A stretch of DNA of 29,779 nt from a virus. Under the pieces are notes generated by a model. The model was given only the letters and a program-made list of their open reading frames with translations, ran no database searches and was not told where the DNA came from. This document shows positions 17,818 through 26,125 of this stretch, piece by piece (the first letter of the stretch is position 1; the number at the start of each line of letters is the position of its first letter). The DNA lies in the UHGV virus genome UHGV-1366609, one strand, 5' to 3'. A program made the translations under genes and the position numbers.

Positions 17818-20427
17818 TCATTCTTTTGGGTGGCGACCTTCCGCACCCGCCAGCATTTTTTGATACTCCCCGACCGGATCAAACCGCAGGCGCGTGGCAT
17901 CTATACCGTGGTTATCCCGCAGACGTTCCCATAATTTATTCATCGTCCGTGACTCGTCGGGTAATTGACGCGTTATTAACTGGCCGTCAGCACTGGCCCG
18001 ATAAACTTTGCCGCCAATCTCCAGACAGCTCCCCATTAACAGCGAAACGGCCTGAATCTCTGAAATCTCAACCGAACACAACACCGCATCAGCCAGCAGA
18101 CTGGCAACCGCAGGGGCAAGCGCTGCCCGTCTGGCTTTTTCTGCCGCTGATCTGGCCTCGGTTTTTTCGACGGCAGAACGCCACGCGACATCTAATTCGC
18201 TTCCTGGCTCATAAGGTGATCCGCTTTTCTGCCTTTTGAATGGTGTTTCACGTAGTCGCCGCATCAATTTGCGCCGCGTCTGCTGGTCCATGTTTTCAAA
18301 ATCGACGATTTCCTCTTCTGATTCTTCTGTCATCCCCTCCACATCAGGCGAAAAATCGGTGATTTTTTCGTCTTCCGTAGAGTTATTGACAGAACTCCAA
18401 GCGTCGCCGGTTGGCGACGGCAAAAGGTCAACCCCCAAACCGGGGCCTTTTTTGGCCCCGGTGGCGGCTTTGGATTTGGCGCGGATTTTCCACTTAACCA
18501 GGCGGGTGCAAATACGGGAGGCATCCCCCAGACGCGGCGACCAGACCCCGAATACCTTTTCGGGGATCTCACAATAAGCATTCATTTCATCAGCAGGCTG
18601 ATAGGCCAGACGAACGACATAGTTTTCACGCGGGATCAAAACACCGCCCTGGCGGATGATGTAGGTAGCAAAGCACCCAACATCGGCAGCAGCGCAAACC
18701 GCATCCATCGCAGGATCCATAAGCAGCGGTGCGCCGCGCTTGAAGGTATTGTCAATTTTCTGGCGGGCCGTGATCTGATTGCTCAGTTTGCGCAGCTCGC
18801 GGTAAACCGATATAGGCGGTTGTCCGATGGGCTGAAACTGGCGGATACGGTGAAGCGATGCCCAAGCCATTGCAAACTTGGCTGTTTCATTCAGGGGCTT
18901 GCCGCTTTCGTCGTCCAGTTCACCGGCCAGCGCGTGGCCGTCGATATTCTTTGAAATGTATTTGGCTATGTATGCCGTTGCTGACCCTTTTCGCGGGTCC
19001 ATTTTTTTTGACTTGAAGCGAGCGCCGGTATTGCGGCCCAGCTCGTCGCGGTCTTCCGCAATGAAGTAAGCGCGAAGGATCGCAACCGTGGCTTTAACTT
19101 GCTCCTTTGGCATAAACAGCAATGCGTGCCAGTGTGGCGTCCCATCGTGATGCGGCTCGGCGACGCGGAAGCCATAAGGGCGCAAATCTTCGCGTTTCAG
19201 TTTGGCGGTTGCCCGGTTCCATACACGGCATAAATAGCGCTGCGCCTGGGCGACGGTGGAATGATTCCATTTGGCGTTATGGTGGCCGGACGCAATATTA
19301 CTGTGATATTTCGACGGGCAAGTAATGGTCAGGAAGATGCCAACATCGCCGCGACTTTGGGCGACAAGTTCAACCCCAGCCATTCGGGCCATAAGCTCAT
19401 GGCGACGAATAGCCGGGTTAGACGTGGATTTATTAATCATTTCCTCGAGCGACGAAACGTTGCCGTCTTCGTCTACCAGTTCATGACTTTTGAAAAAATC
19501 CCGGTTTTTACGGCGCTGTTCCTGCCACTCGATCAGGCTGGAAGCGCTAACGTAGGCGTGCGCTTTTTTATTTACCGCGCCAACAGCACGCAGCTGGTTC
19601 TCGCGCCAGTCACAACGCAGGCGCCAGATTTTGCGCCCCCACCAGTCAGGCGAAGCCATACGCAAAATGGCCGTGCATATGCGCTCGCGTTCCCACGGCG
19701 CATACCATGCAGGCGGCACAATACGAAGCGCCAGCATTTCGCGGCCCAGGTGGCAATAAAGCCAGTCCAGTTCTTCGACGTTCATGTCGGAAACATTCCG
19801 CCCCAGGGCTTCGCATTCCGTCCCAAGCATTTCAGCCATGCGGCTGGCGATCTCATTAGCGGCGCTTAGTGCCTCCCGCTTTGTGAAATCAGCCAGTCGT
19901 TGCCAGCGCCCGAACCAGTACGCGGCCAGTTCGCCGGTGAGATCAGGCGAAACACCTTGCCTTGTGCGCACAACATCAAGACGCAGCAATGATTTTTTCA
20001 CGGTCCCCATAAGAAAATCATTGGTGTGTCTGGCTTCACGGTTGGCCCGTAACCATTCAATTTTTTTGCGCCAGACTTCACGAATGAAGAACGGCTCTGA
20101 TAATAAACGCGCTTCGACACCTTCCGGCGTATTGGCCCAGGCTGCCGCCGTAGCTTTGGCGGCTTCCATTTCCTGCCGGATTATATTTTGATGGGCGGCC
20201 AGTGGCAGGCCGCACGGTTCGTACCTGTCCAGCGCCTGGATAAGCGCGTTACGGTCGCGAACATCGTCGGGGTTGTAACCGGCGCGTTTGAAGATGTGAT
20301 CGATGTGTTTTTTAACGGCAGGATGATGCGCCACCGCCCCGGCAAGCGGGGCGATTTTTTTCGGTTCGTAGGTGTAAAGGCCAACAGCTGGGCGCGGCGC
20401 GTTCCAGGGCCATGCGAAATCAGTCAT
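17818..20427 (-). CDS. A: Rolling-circle replication initiator, P2 gpA-like
   Basis: About 869 aa from ATG 20427..20425 (the track ORF begins at an upstream TTG). HUH motif TPHWHALLF and paired tyrosines YIAKY (Y-x3-Y), as in P2 A. Confidence 0.85.
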   Translation of the reverse strand: MTDFAWPWNAPRPAVGLYTYEPKKIAPLAGAVAHHPAVKKHIDHIFKRAGYNPDDVRDRNALIQALDRYEPCGLPLAAHQNIIRQEMEAAKATAAAWANTPEGVEARLLSEPFFIREVWRKKIEWLRANREARHTNDFLMGTVKKSLLRLDVVRTRQGVSPDLTGELAAYWFGRWQRLADFTKREALSAANEIASRMAEMLGTECEALGRNVSDMNVEELDWLYCHLGREMLALRIVPPAWYAPWERERICTAILRMASPDWWGRKIWRLRCDWRENQLRAVGAVNKKAHAYVSASSLIEWQEQRRKNRDFFKSHELVDEDGNVSSLEEMINKSTSNPAIRRHELMARMAGVELVAQSRGDVGIFLTITCPSKYHSNIASGHHNAKWNHSTVAQAQRYLCRVWNRATAKLKREDLRPYGFRVAEPHHDGTPHWHALLFMPKEQVKATVAILRAYFIAEDRDELGRNTGARFKSKKMDPRKGSATAYIAKYISKNIDGHALAGELDDESGKPLNETAKFAMAWASLHRIRQFQPIGQPPISVYRELRKLSNQITARQKIDNTFKRGAPLLMDPAMDAVCAAADVGCFATYIIRQGGVLIPRENYVVRLAYQPADEMNAYCEIPEKVFGVWSPRLGDASRICTRLVKWKIRAKSKAATGAKKGPGLGVDLLPSPTGDAWSSVNNSTEDEKITDFSPDVEGMTEESEEEIVDFENMDQQTRRKLMRRLRETPFKRQKSGSPYEPGSELDVAWRSAVEKTEARSAAEKARRAALAPAVASLLADAVLCSVEISEIQAVSLLMGSCLEIGGKVYRASADGQLITRQLPDESRTMNKLWERLRDNHGIDATRLRFDPVGEYQKMLAGAEGRHPKE

Positions 20428-20435
20428 GGCGGCCC

Positions 20436-20702
20436 TCAAAACGGCAATTCATCGTCAGTGCAATCTGGATCAATGGCGAGCGTAACCGGGCTACCGCACT
20501 TAAAACTTAGCGCCTCTGAGAAGGTGGAAAAAGCAGCGGTATCGCGAACACAAACGCCGTCATAAAAAGCGTCGAACTCAACCAACCAGATGTCACCCAT
20601 TTGCCAACGGTCATGGATACGCTCAACGACCATCATCGCGGTGACATCTCCGTCCGTAGTGGCCGGATCAAAGCCGATGAATTCCCTTGCGGTCAGGCTC
20701 AT
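20436..20702 (-). CDS. Small highly acidic early protein with SSB-tip-like C-terminus (function unknown)
   Basis: 88 aa, about 17 Asp/Glu versus 5 Arg/Lys; C-terminus ...DPDCTDDELPF confirmed codon by codon. Its stop sits 8 nt before the A start. Confidence 0.5.
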   Translation of the reverse strand: MSLTAREFIGFDPATTDGDVTAMMVVERIHDRWQMGDIWLVEFDAFYDGVCVRDTAAFSTFSEALSFKCGSPVTLAIDPDCTDDELPF

Positions 20703-20926
20703 TTTTTACACTCCACGTTATATTTTTCATGCGTCATCAGTGACCAGACCTTGCCGTCGTTTTTACTCAGCAAGCGCCAGCGCCTACCGATGCGGATCAC
20801 AAGGTAAAAATTGGGTTTGATGCGGGAATAGTTTTTTAGGCCGCGAGAAAAGCGGCGCAGCTCGGCAGCTGCGTGACCGCAGACACCTACCGGCGCAGCG
20901 CATGAGATCTGCAGTTTGCTGACCAT
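20699..20926 (-). CDS. Small basic hypothetical protein
   Basis: 75 aa, Arg/Lys-rich; start overlaps the upstream stop (TGATG). No motif recognised. Confidence 0.4.
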   Translation of the reverse strand: MVSKLQISCAAPVGVCGHAAAELRRFSRGLKNYSRIKPNFYLVIRIGRRWRLLSKNDGKVWSLMTHEKYNVECKK

Positions 20927-21381
20927 CAGAAAGGTACTCCGCCGTCAAAATCACCGACTGGCGACGTCTTGAATGTAAAAGCCGTTCCTGGGCGAAATTT
21001 GCGGGCGTTCTTGAATGATCGAAAAGTGCGCGAGTGCGGGAAGCTATCCCCCGTCATGACATCCATTGCGATTACATCAACCCGAACGGAACCACGCTCC
21101 CGGCGAGTGATAGAGATAACCTTCTCAACTACTGCAAAAACAGAGGTGTCGTGAGGGGCATAAGGTGCGACCGGCGAGACTTGTTGCACTGCCGGACTAT
21201 GTTTCTCAATTAGTGGATCAAGTATCGCGTTAAAGGAAATTAGCAATGTATTAGCCACGTCAGGCCCAGCCAAAACGCCCGCTAACGTCGCATGGGCAAG
21301 CGCAATGGTTTTAGCTTCGTTAAGCGCAGCCAGCACTCCGCGTGTAAATTCGGATTGAGTTGCATCGATACGGGTTGCCAT
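20926..21381 (-). CDS. Hypothetical early protein ending in an SSB-tip-like tail
   Basis: 151 aa; C-terminus ...SPVGDFDGGVPF confirmed from the nucleotides. Coupled to the Dam stop upstream and the 75-aa start downstream. Confidence 0.5.
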   Translation of the reverse strand: MATRIDATQSEFTRGVLAALNEAKTIALAHATLAGVLAGPDVANTLLISFNAILDPLIEKHSPAVQQVSPVAPYAPHDTSVFAVVEKVISITRRERGSVRVDVIAMDVMTGDSFPHSRTFRSFKNARKFRPGTAFTFKTSPVGDFDGGVPF

Positions 21382-22346
21382 TAAAAAGCCTCCACGCCAT
21401 TGGCCGCAGCCGATGCCAGCATTTCGTTGTAGGTCGCGTCCCCCATTACCGGGCCGCAGTCAGGACAACAGCCACCACCGGCACGACCGCAGCCGCTGCA
21501 CACTTTGAGGACGCCGATCACCTCTTTGGCCTTTTCGCGGTTTTTAGTGCTGGCGCTTACCGAACGCTGGACGGCAATTTCCTGGAAGCGGAAGTCTTTG
21601 TAGATCTCGCGAGTCAGCGGGGTGTCGCTGTTAGAAATCACGACAGACGCGCCAGTCTCTCGGTTTGCTTTCAGAAGGGCGGCAACAAGCTGGCGGTGTT
21701 GCTTCTTACCAAATGGGCCAGTGTGGTACTGGGTAAAATTGGCGGTGTCACTTGCAGGCAGGTACGGCGGATCACAGTAAATAACGCTATCAGGGAAAAG
21801 AGGGGCGTTGATGGCGTCTACGAAGTCACTACAAAGAAATAAAGTGCAGGTATCGCGGGCCTTTTCAGAGAACAAGCGGATCTCCACTTCTGGCAAATAC
21901 TGCGTTTCTTTATCCTTCCCCTTTCCGTAAGGGGTGTTGTACTCACCTTTCAGGTTGTAGCGCACAACACCGTTGTAGCCGTGGCGGTTCAGGTACAAAA
22001 AGAACGCGGCGCGGGCGACACTAGTAAAATGGTGGCGCAGGCGGCGACCTTTCGGATGATTGAACATGTCGCGAAGTTTTGCGTAATTTGCGCTGGTATT
22101 GCGGTTCTTAAACAAGTCGCGAGACAGGCTTATCAGTTCGTCAGGGGTGCTTCTGGCAACACGATAAAGGTTAATCAAATCGGGGTTTATATCGCTCAGA
22201 ATGTAGCGACGATAATCTGTATTCAGGAAGACGGAAGCGCCCCCCACAAACGGCTCAACCAGGCATTCACCTTTCGGCAGAATCGGCAGTAATTCAGGCA
22301 TAACGCGGCCTTTACCACCGGGCCATTTAACGAGAGATCGAATCAT
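21381..22346 (-). CDS. dam: Dam-family DNA adenine methyltransferase (likely GATC-specific) with C-terminal Cys-rich extension
   Basis: N-terminus VKWPGGK...LPKGECLVEPFVGGASVFLNTDYRRYILSDINPDLINLY is near-collinear with E. coli Dam as I recall it; motif IV VIYCDPPY. Extra C-terminal CSGCGRAGGGCCPDCG. Confidence 0.85.
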   Translation of the reverse strand: MIRSLVKWPGGKGRVMPELLPILPKGECLVEPFVGGASVFLNTDYRRYILSDINPDLINLYRVARSTPDELISLSRDLFKNRNTSANYAKLRDMFNHPKGRRLRHHFTSVARAAFFLYLNRHGYNGVVRYNLKGEYNTPYGKGKDKETQYLPEVEIRLFSEKARDTCTLFLCSDFVDAINAPLFPDSVIYCDPPYLPASDTANFTQYHTGPFGKKQHRQLVAALLKANRETGASVVISNSDTPLTREIYKDFRFQEIAVQRSVSASTKNREKAKEVIGVLKVCSGCGRAGGGCCPDCGPVMGDATYNEMLASAAANGVEAF

Positions 22347-22416
22347 TTTTACTTTCTCCAGGGTGCAAGAAGCCCGACGCGTTAGCGCCTGTTTCTTTTT
22401 TGTGGGTAGTTAGTTG

Positions 22417-22812
22417 TTAATTGACTGCGTTATCTGGCGCGGGTGGTTTGTCGCGTATCGCCTGAATTTCGGCGCGTGGTGCGGCGTAGTCCTCAAATTC
22501 CCACGGCATTGATGCTGCAAATTCGGAAAGGCGCTTAATGCCCATCAAAAGGCACGTTTGTTCCTTTTCGGTTAGATTTTCGTAAGTGCAACCCAACTGT
22601 TTGGCGGTCAGCTTCGGCATTCCGGCTATGTATCTGGACGCATCGTTTGCCAGGATGAAAATCACCTTTTTGCAGGCATCATCCAGGCGGTTAAAACGAG
22701 TTGCAGTATCGTTCACGCGTGAGGCGTTCAAACTGGCTTGCAGCCGCGCCCGTTGCTCTAAGAACTGGCGGCGGCCTGGCTGTTGTCCTGTTTTATCCAT
22801 CAACATAACCAC
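22417..22812 (-). CDS. Hypothetical early protein (position of P2 B / orf80-83 block)
   Basis: 131 aa ORF in the early leftward operon; no motif recognised. Confidence 0.4.
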   Translation of the reverse strand: MVMLMDKTGQQPGRRQFLEQRARLQASLNASRVNDTATRFNRLDDACKKVIFILANDASRYIAGMPKLTAKQLGCTYENLTEKEQTCLLMGIKRLSEFAASMPWEFEDYAAPRAEIQAIRDKPPAPDNAVN

Positions 22813-22822
22813 CTCGCCCGAG

Positions 22823-23065
22823 CTACGCGAAGATGCCCATTAAGCGGGAAAACCAGCGGCGCTTGTTACGCGGGCGTGACATAAACGGTAAACGGCAGTT
22901 TTTAACAAATTGAACATCTGCCGCTTTAGGCTGGAAGAAACGCCCGTCCGGGGTTTCAATCCAGCCGCGTTGATGCTGACGGTGGGTGATCTGCTGGCCG
23001 TGGGTGAGCAGGCTGGCGAGTGATGGGCATTGTGATAAATCCATAATAAGCCTCGCTACTATCAA
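22823..23065 (-). CDS. Hypothetical small early protein
   Basis: 80 aa ORF, ATGA-coupled to the upstream Cox-position gene. Confidence 0.35.
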   Translation of the reverse strand: MIVARLIMDLSQCPSLASLLTHGQQITHRQHQRGWIETPDGRFFQPKAADVQFVKNCRLPFMSRPRNKRRWFSRLMGIFA

Positions 23066-23529
23066 GCTGTACGTGAAACAGAAAGAGGATTGTGTTGGGT
23101 GCGCTTATGCGTCTGGTGATTGTTACCAGTTACGCGGCGATATGTTTTCTTGTCGCGCATCAGACGATCGATGTAGTGCTTTTCTTCTGGGGTAATAAGT
23201 GCGCGGCAGTGTGCTACGGCGGCCCAGTATTCTTGCAGCATGATGAAACGCTTAGGACGTTTTGAACCCGGCATCCCTTCGCGGTGGACTGGTACTTGAG
23301 CACGATCCATCAGGTTGCGAACTGACTTAAGGGTCCGGCCTGTCAGGTAGGCAAATTCAACAGGTGTAACGAAAATCTGCTTTTGCAGTTCTTCGGTGTT
23401 CATATCGCGAATAGCGTTAGCTTGCGAATCAGTCATTTTGCAGATGCGTGCTATACGGGCGTTATCTAACGGGAACTGGCGAAAATGTGGAGATCCCGCC
23501 GTTAAATTAATTTCTCGATTTTGTGTCAT
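23062..23529 (-). CDS. Early regulatory protein in the Cox/Apl position, putative DNA-binding
   Basis: First gene of the leftward early operon, divergent from the C repressor. Segment FVTPVEFAYLTGRTLKSVRNLMDRAQVPV looks like an excisionase/Cox-type helix-turn-helix; at 155 aa it is longer than P2 Cox, so the start or identity is uncertain. Confidence 0.4.
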   Translation of the reverse strand: MTQNREINLTAGSPHFRQFPLDNARIARICKMTDSQANAIRDMNTEELQKQIFVTPVEFAYLTGRTLKSVRNLMDRAQVPVHREGMPGSKRPKRFIMLQEYWAAVAHCRALITPEEKHYIDRLMRDKKTYRRVTGNNHQTHKRTQHNPLSVSRTA

Positions 23530-23547
23530 TTGCTAGACTCCATAGAT

Positions 23548-23586
23548 TGAGGCTAATTGAGGCTTGTTAAGTACTAATTAGCCTCG
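23548..23586. promoter_or_regulatory. Candidate immunity operator: 10-mer GAGGCTAATT in direct and inverted copies between C and the Cox-position gene
   Basis: GAGGCTAATT at 23549..23558, GAGGCT again at 23559..23564, inverted copy AATTAGCCTC at 23576..23585; CTAATT recurs at 23628..23633. Confidence 0.5.
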
Positions 23587-23652
23587 TGGGGCACATCGGG
23601 CAAATGTTGTCTATGTGCTAATTTCTGGTGATTGTGATGAGATCTTATCATT

Positions 23653-23952
23653 ATGTCAATGACGCAAGGCGAAAAACTAGCTCTTATTCGCGACTCTGAA
23701 CGCTTAACTAAAAGGCAAATGTCTGATTTAACAGGTTTAAATTATTCAAGTTATGGCGGTTATGAGCGAGATAAAACAAAAATGACACTTGAAGCAGCTG
23801 TATGTGTTTTCGGACACCCTCGTTTTCATAAGTATCAAGACTGGTTTATGTATGACCGTACGGACGAAAGCCGGGGGCAAATAGCACCGGCTCTCGCGCA
23901 CAATGGGCCATACAAAATGCAGTCAGACCCCTCAGAGAAACAGACTGGTTAA
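23653..23952 (+). CDS. C: Immunity repressor, P2 C-like
   Basis: 99 aa. MSMTQGEKLALIRDSERLTKRQMSDLTG and the C-terminal GQIAPALAH closely parallel P2 C as I recall it, including identical length. Confidence 0.85.
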   Translation: MSMTQGEKLALIRDSERLTKRQMSDLTGLNYSSYGGYERDKTKMTLEAAVCVFGHPRFHKYQDWFMYDRTDESRGQIAPALAHNGPYKMQSDPSEKQTG

Positions 23953-24021
23953 CATTATATAAACATTACATTTTCACTATTTGTTACCAGGATAGTGATC
24001 TGACTGTTGGAGGGTTTTCTT

Positions 24022-25032
24022 ATGTCCGTTAAGAAACTCGAAGATGGTCGCTATGAAGTGGATGTCAGGCCGCGCGGGCGCGACGGAAAGCGCATACGGC
24101 GGAAGTTTGAGAGAAAGGCGGATGCACACGCATTTGAGCGCAGCATCATCGCTAAGTATCAGAACCATGATTTTTTAAATAGACCGGCCGATAAGCGGAA
24201 ACTAAGCGAATTTATTGCTTTATGGTGGCAGTTAATCGGACGGAATAAGAGCTACGCAAACCGCAGGCTTAGTGCAGTTAACTGCATTTGCCAGGATATG
24301 GGGGATCCCATGATTTACCAGATTGATGCGCGATGTCTTATTGATTACCGGGCATATAGGCTGGAGCAAGGGATCAAGGCTTCAACGATAAATCATGACC
24401 TGTTTGCACTTAGTGGTGTGTTTAAAGCTATGGCCGAAATTGATGAGTTTCACGGTGAAAACCCAGTAACAGCAATTTCAGCGCTGAAAGAGCCAAAAAC
24501 GGAAATGTCGTATTTCACTGAGTCGGAAGTAAACCGGCTGTTATCCCTGTGCTCAGGTGATTACTACCGCATCGCCGTTCTGCTGCTTGCTACTGGTGCT
24601 CGATGGGGGGAAGCCTACCAGCTTAAAGCGGAAAACATTGTCGGTAACAGGGTGATGTTTACAATCACTAAAAACGGAGATCGGCGGGTGGTCCCCATAT
24701 CTGACGACATTGCAAAGATAGTGAAACATCAGGAATCGGGAAGGCTGTTCCGCGTGAGCTATAAAACCTTCCGTCTACGCATGAAAGAAGCAAAGCCCAA
24801 TCTTCCAGATGGGCAAGCCGCGCACGCGCTACGTCATACGTTCGCCACGCACTTCATGATTAAGGGCGGAAATATTATCGCGTTACAACGAATTCTTGGT
24901 CATTCCGATATATCTCAGACGATGACCTATGCTCACTTCGCACCGGACTATTTACTGGATGCGGTGAGTTATAATCCCCTTAGTGGAATGTCCACATTGT
25001 GTCCACACTCTGGAGGCAATGCGGGGGTTTAG
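24022..25032 (+). CDS. int: Tyrosine integrase, P2 Int-like
   Basis: Start at ATG 24022 (MSVKKLEDGRYEVDVRP...) with GGAGGG 7 nt upstream. LATGARWGEA, HALRHTFATHF and LGHSDISQTMTYAHF carry the R...HxxR...Y catalytic pattern and are near-collinear with P2 Int. Confidence 0.9.
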   Translation: MSVKKLEDGRYEVDVRPRGRDGKRIRRKFERKADAHAFERSIIAKYQNHDFLNRPADKRKLSEFIALWWQLIGRNKSYANRRLSAVNCICQDMGDPMIYQIDARCLIDYRAYRLEQGIKASTINHDLFALSGVFKAMAEIDEFHGENPVTAISALKEPKTEMSYFTESEVNRLLSLCSGDYYRIAVLLLATGARWGEAYQLKAENIVGNRVMFTITKNGDRRVVPISDDIAKIVKHQESGRLFRVSYKTFRLRMKEAKPNLPDGQAAHALRHTFATHFMIKGGNIIALQRILGHSDISQTMTYAHFAPDYLLDAVSYNPLSGMSTLCPHSGGNAGV

Positions 25033-25158
25033 AGGGTTAGTTAAGTCTGTTATATACTGAATCAGCGCAGTGCGTTACGGCGCTGCGCTATTTGAAAACC
25101 TCCCAGCAAGGGGAAGGTCAAGTGTTTAAATTGCTGATTGAAAGGGATTTTTAAAATC

Positions 25159-25199
25159 AGCGTCCACATAGCGTCCACACTTCGATAAAAGTGTCCACA
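25159..25199. repeat. Three direct GTCCACA repeats (reverse complement TGTGGAC), candidate integrase arm-type sites of attP
   Basis: AGCGTCCACA at 25159..25168 and 25170..25179 (11-bp period), GTGTCCACA at 25191..25199; the reverse complements read TGTGGACG, TGTGGACG and TGTGGACA. Confidence 0.5.
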
Positions 25200-25212
25200 A
25201 TACAAAGACAAA

Positions 25213-25238
25213 GCCTCGCCACCCGCGGGGCTTTTTTT
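25213..25238 (+). terminator. GC-rich hairpin followed by T7 run (terminator-like; possibly part of the att region)
   Basis: GCCTCGCCACCCGCGGGGC followed by TTTTTTT; the stem is imperfect. Confidence 0.4.
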
Positions 25239-25310
25239 CTTTTACTGAATGCTAGTAATCGTTAGACTTCATGTGACAAAAAATAACCTTTCGACAAGGA
25301 GTGTTTTTAA

Positions 25311-25820
25311 ATGGCAATGACAAAATGTAAAGAGTGCAAAAAAGAGGTATCAGCAAAGGCTAAGACTTGCCCTCATTGTGGAGTAAAGGATCCTGGCTTT
25401 AGCGCCAAAGATGCAATGGGTGGTTTTGTTTTTCTGTTAATCCTTGGGGCAATTGGGTACTGGTATTTCAGTGGTGATGAAGAGGCAACGGCCAAAGATG
25501 AGCCAAAAGTTAAGGTGTGTGCTAAGAATGATGGGCAGTGTATTTTTGAAGCCCATTTAGTTGATGCTTTGGTAGCCTGTAAAAGCCCGATTGAGAAAAC
25601 TTCAAAGTATGATTTCGAATGGACCAATGGTGCATTTGAAAATATCTTTAGTCGGTACATCAACAAACCGGAACAGAACCAGATTGTTTATGTGGGCGAT
25701 AAGCTGAAATTTACGAATGGGTTTAACGCCAAAGTGAACATGACGTATTCATGCACCCTTGACACAAAAACAAACAAAATGATCGATTATGAAGTGACTA
25801 AAGGGCGCTTGCCCGATTGA
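25311..25820 (+). CDS. AT-rich cargo (moron) gene: zinc-ribbon, single transmembrane helix, Cys-containing C-terminal domain; function unknown
   Basis: 169 aa. CKEC-x10-CPHC ribbon, hydrophobic GGFVFLLILGAIGYWYF, then about 115 aa with four Cys. Own AAGGAG 9 nt upstream of the ATG; composition visibly AT-richer than neighbouring phage genes. Confidence 0.6.
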   Translation: MAMTKCKECKKEVSAKAKTCPHCGVKDPGFSAKDAMGGFVFLLILGAIGYWYFSGDEEATAKDEPKVKVCAKNDGQCIFEAHLVDALVACKSPIEKTSKYDFEWTNGAFENIFSRYINKPEQNQIVYVGDKLKFTNGFNAKVNMTYSCTLDTKTNKMIDYEVTKGRLPD

Positions 25821-26013
25821 TCCTTCCTCGCATTATTTTGCAAAAACTATAGCTGCATCATTTCTCCCCAAAGCCTTGCCGCGCAAGGCTTCACGCATTT
25901 TTCAACGAAACTTTCCAGCCTACCGCCGACCACATTTGATCGTGACGGAATCTAAAACGATCCTTTTAAAAACATCATGTTATCCAGTCGGTTAGCGACT
26001 GGCGGCGCGGTGA

Positions 26014-26125
26014 CTTTTGCAAAGTGCTGCAAATCTTTGCGCAGCGTGCAAACGCCCGCAGGATGCAAAAGCCCAGCAGCGGCGCAGGCTGGCGGGGGGC
26101 TTTGCACAAAATTTCTTTTGCAAAA
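26014..26125. repeat. Array of TGCAAA half-sites including two palindromes TTTTGCAAA(G/A) about 100 bp apart, in a 510-bp non-coding gap
   Basis: CTTTTGCAAAG at 26014..26024 and CTTTTGCAAAA at 26115..26125, plus TGCAAA at about 26028, 26048, 26064 and TTTGCACAAAA at 26101. Confidence 0.4.

Noticed and set aside
17751-19869. Plus-strand ORFs 17751..18239, 19261..19869 and 19784..20191 inside gene A
   Set aside because: Antisense to the 869-aa rolling-circle initiator with HUH and Y-x3-Y motifs; Arg/Pro-rich shadow frames.
25046-25062. LexA-box-like CTGTTATATACTGAAT downstream of int
   Set aside because: Only the CTGT half-site and AT spacer match; the second half-site reads GAAT instead of ACAG.
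25871-25902. Terminator for the cargo gene (AAGCCTTG-CCGCG-CAAGGCTT hairpin)
   Set aside because: The 8-bp stem is perfect but the T-run begins 6 nt after the stem, not immediately; too uncertain to annotate.
26014-26125. Sigma-54 (-24/-12) promoter resemblance around TGGCGGCGCGGTGACTTTTGCA
   Set aside because: GG to GC spacing is 8 or 16 nt rather than the required 10, and no enhancer-binding-protein gene is nearby.
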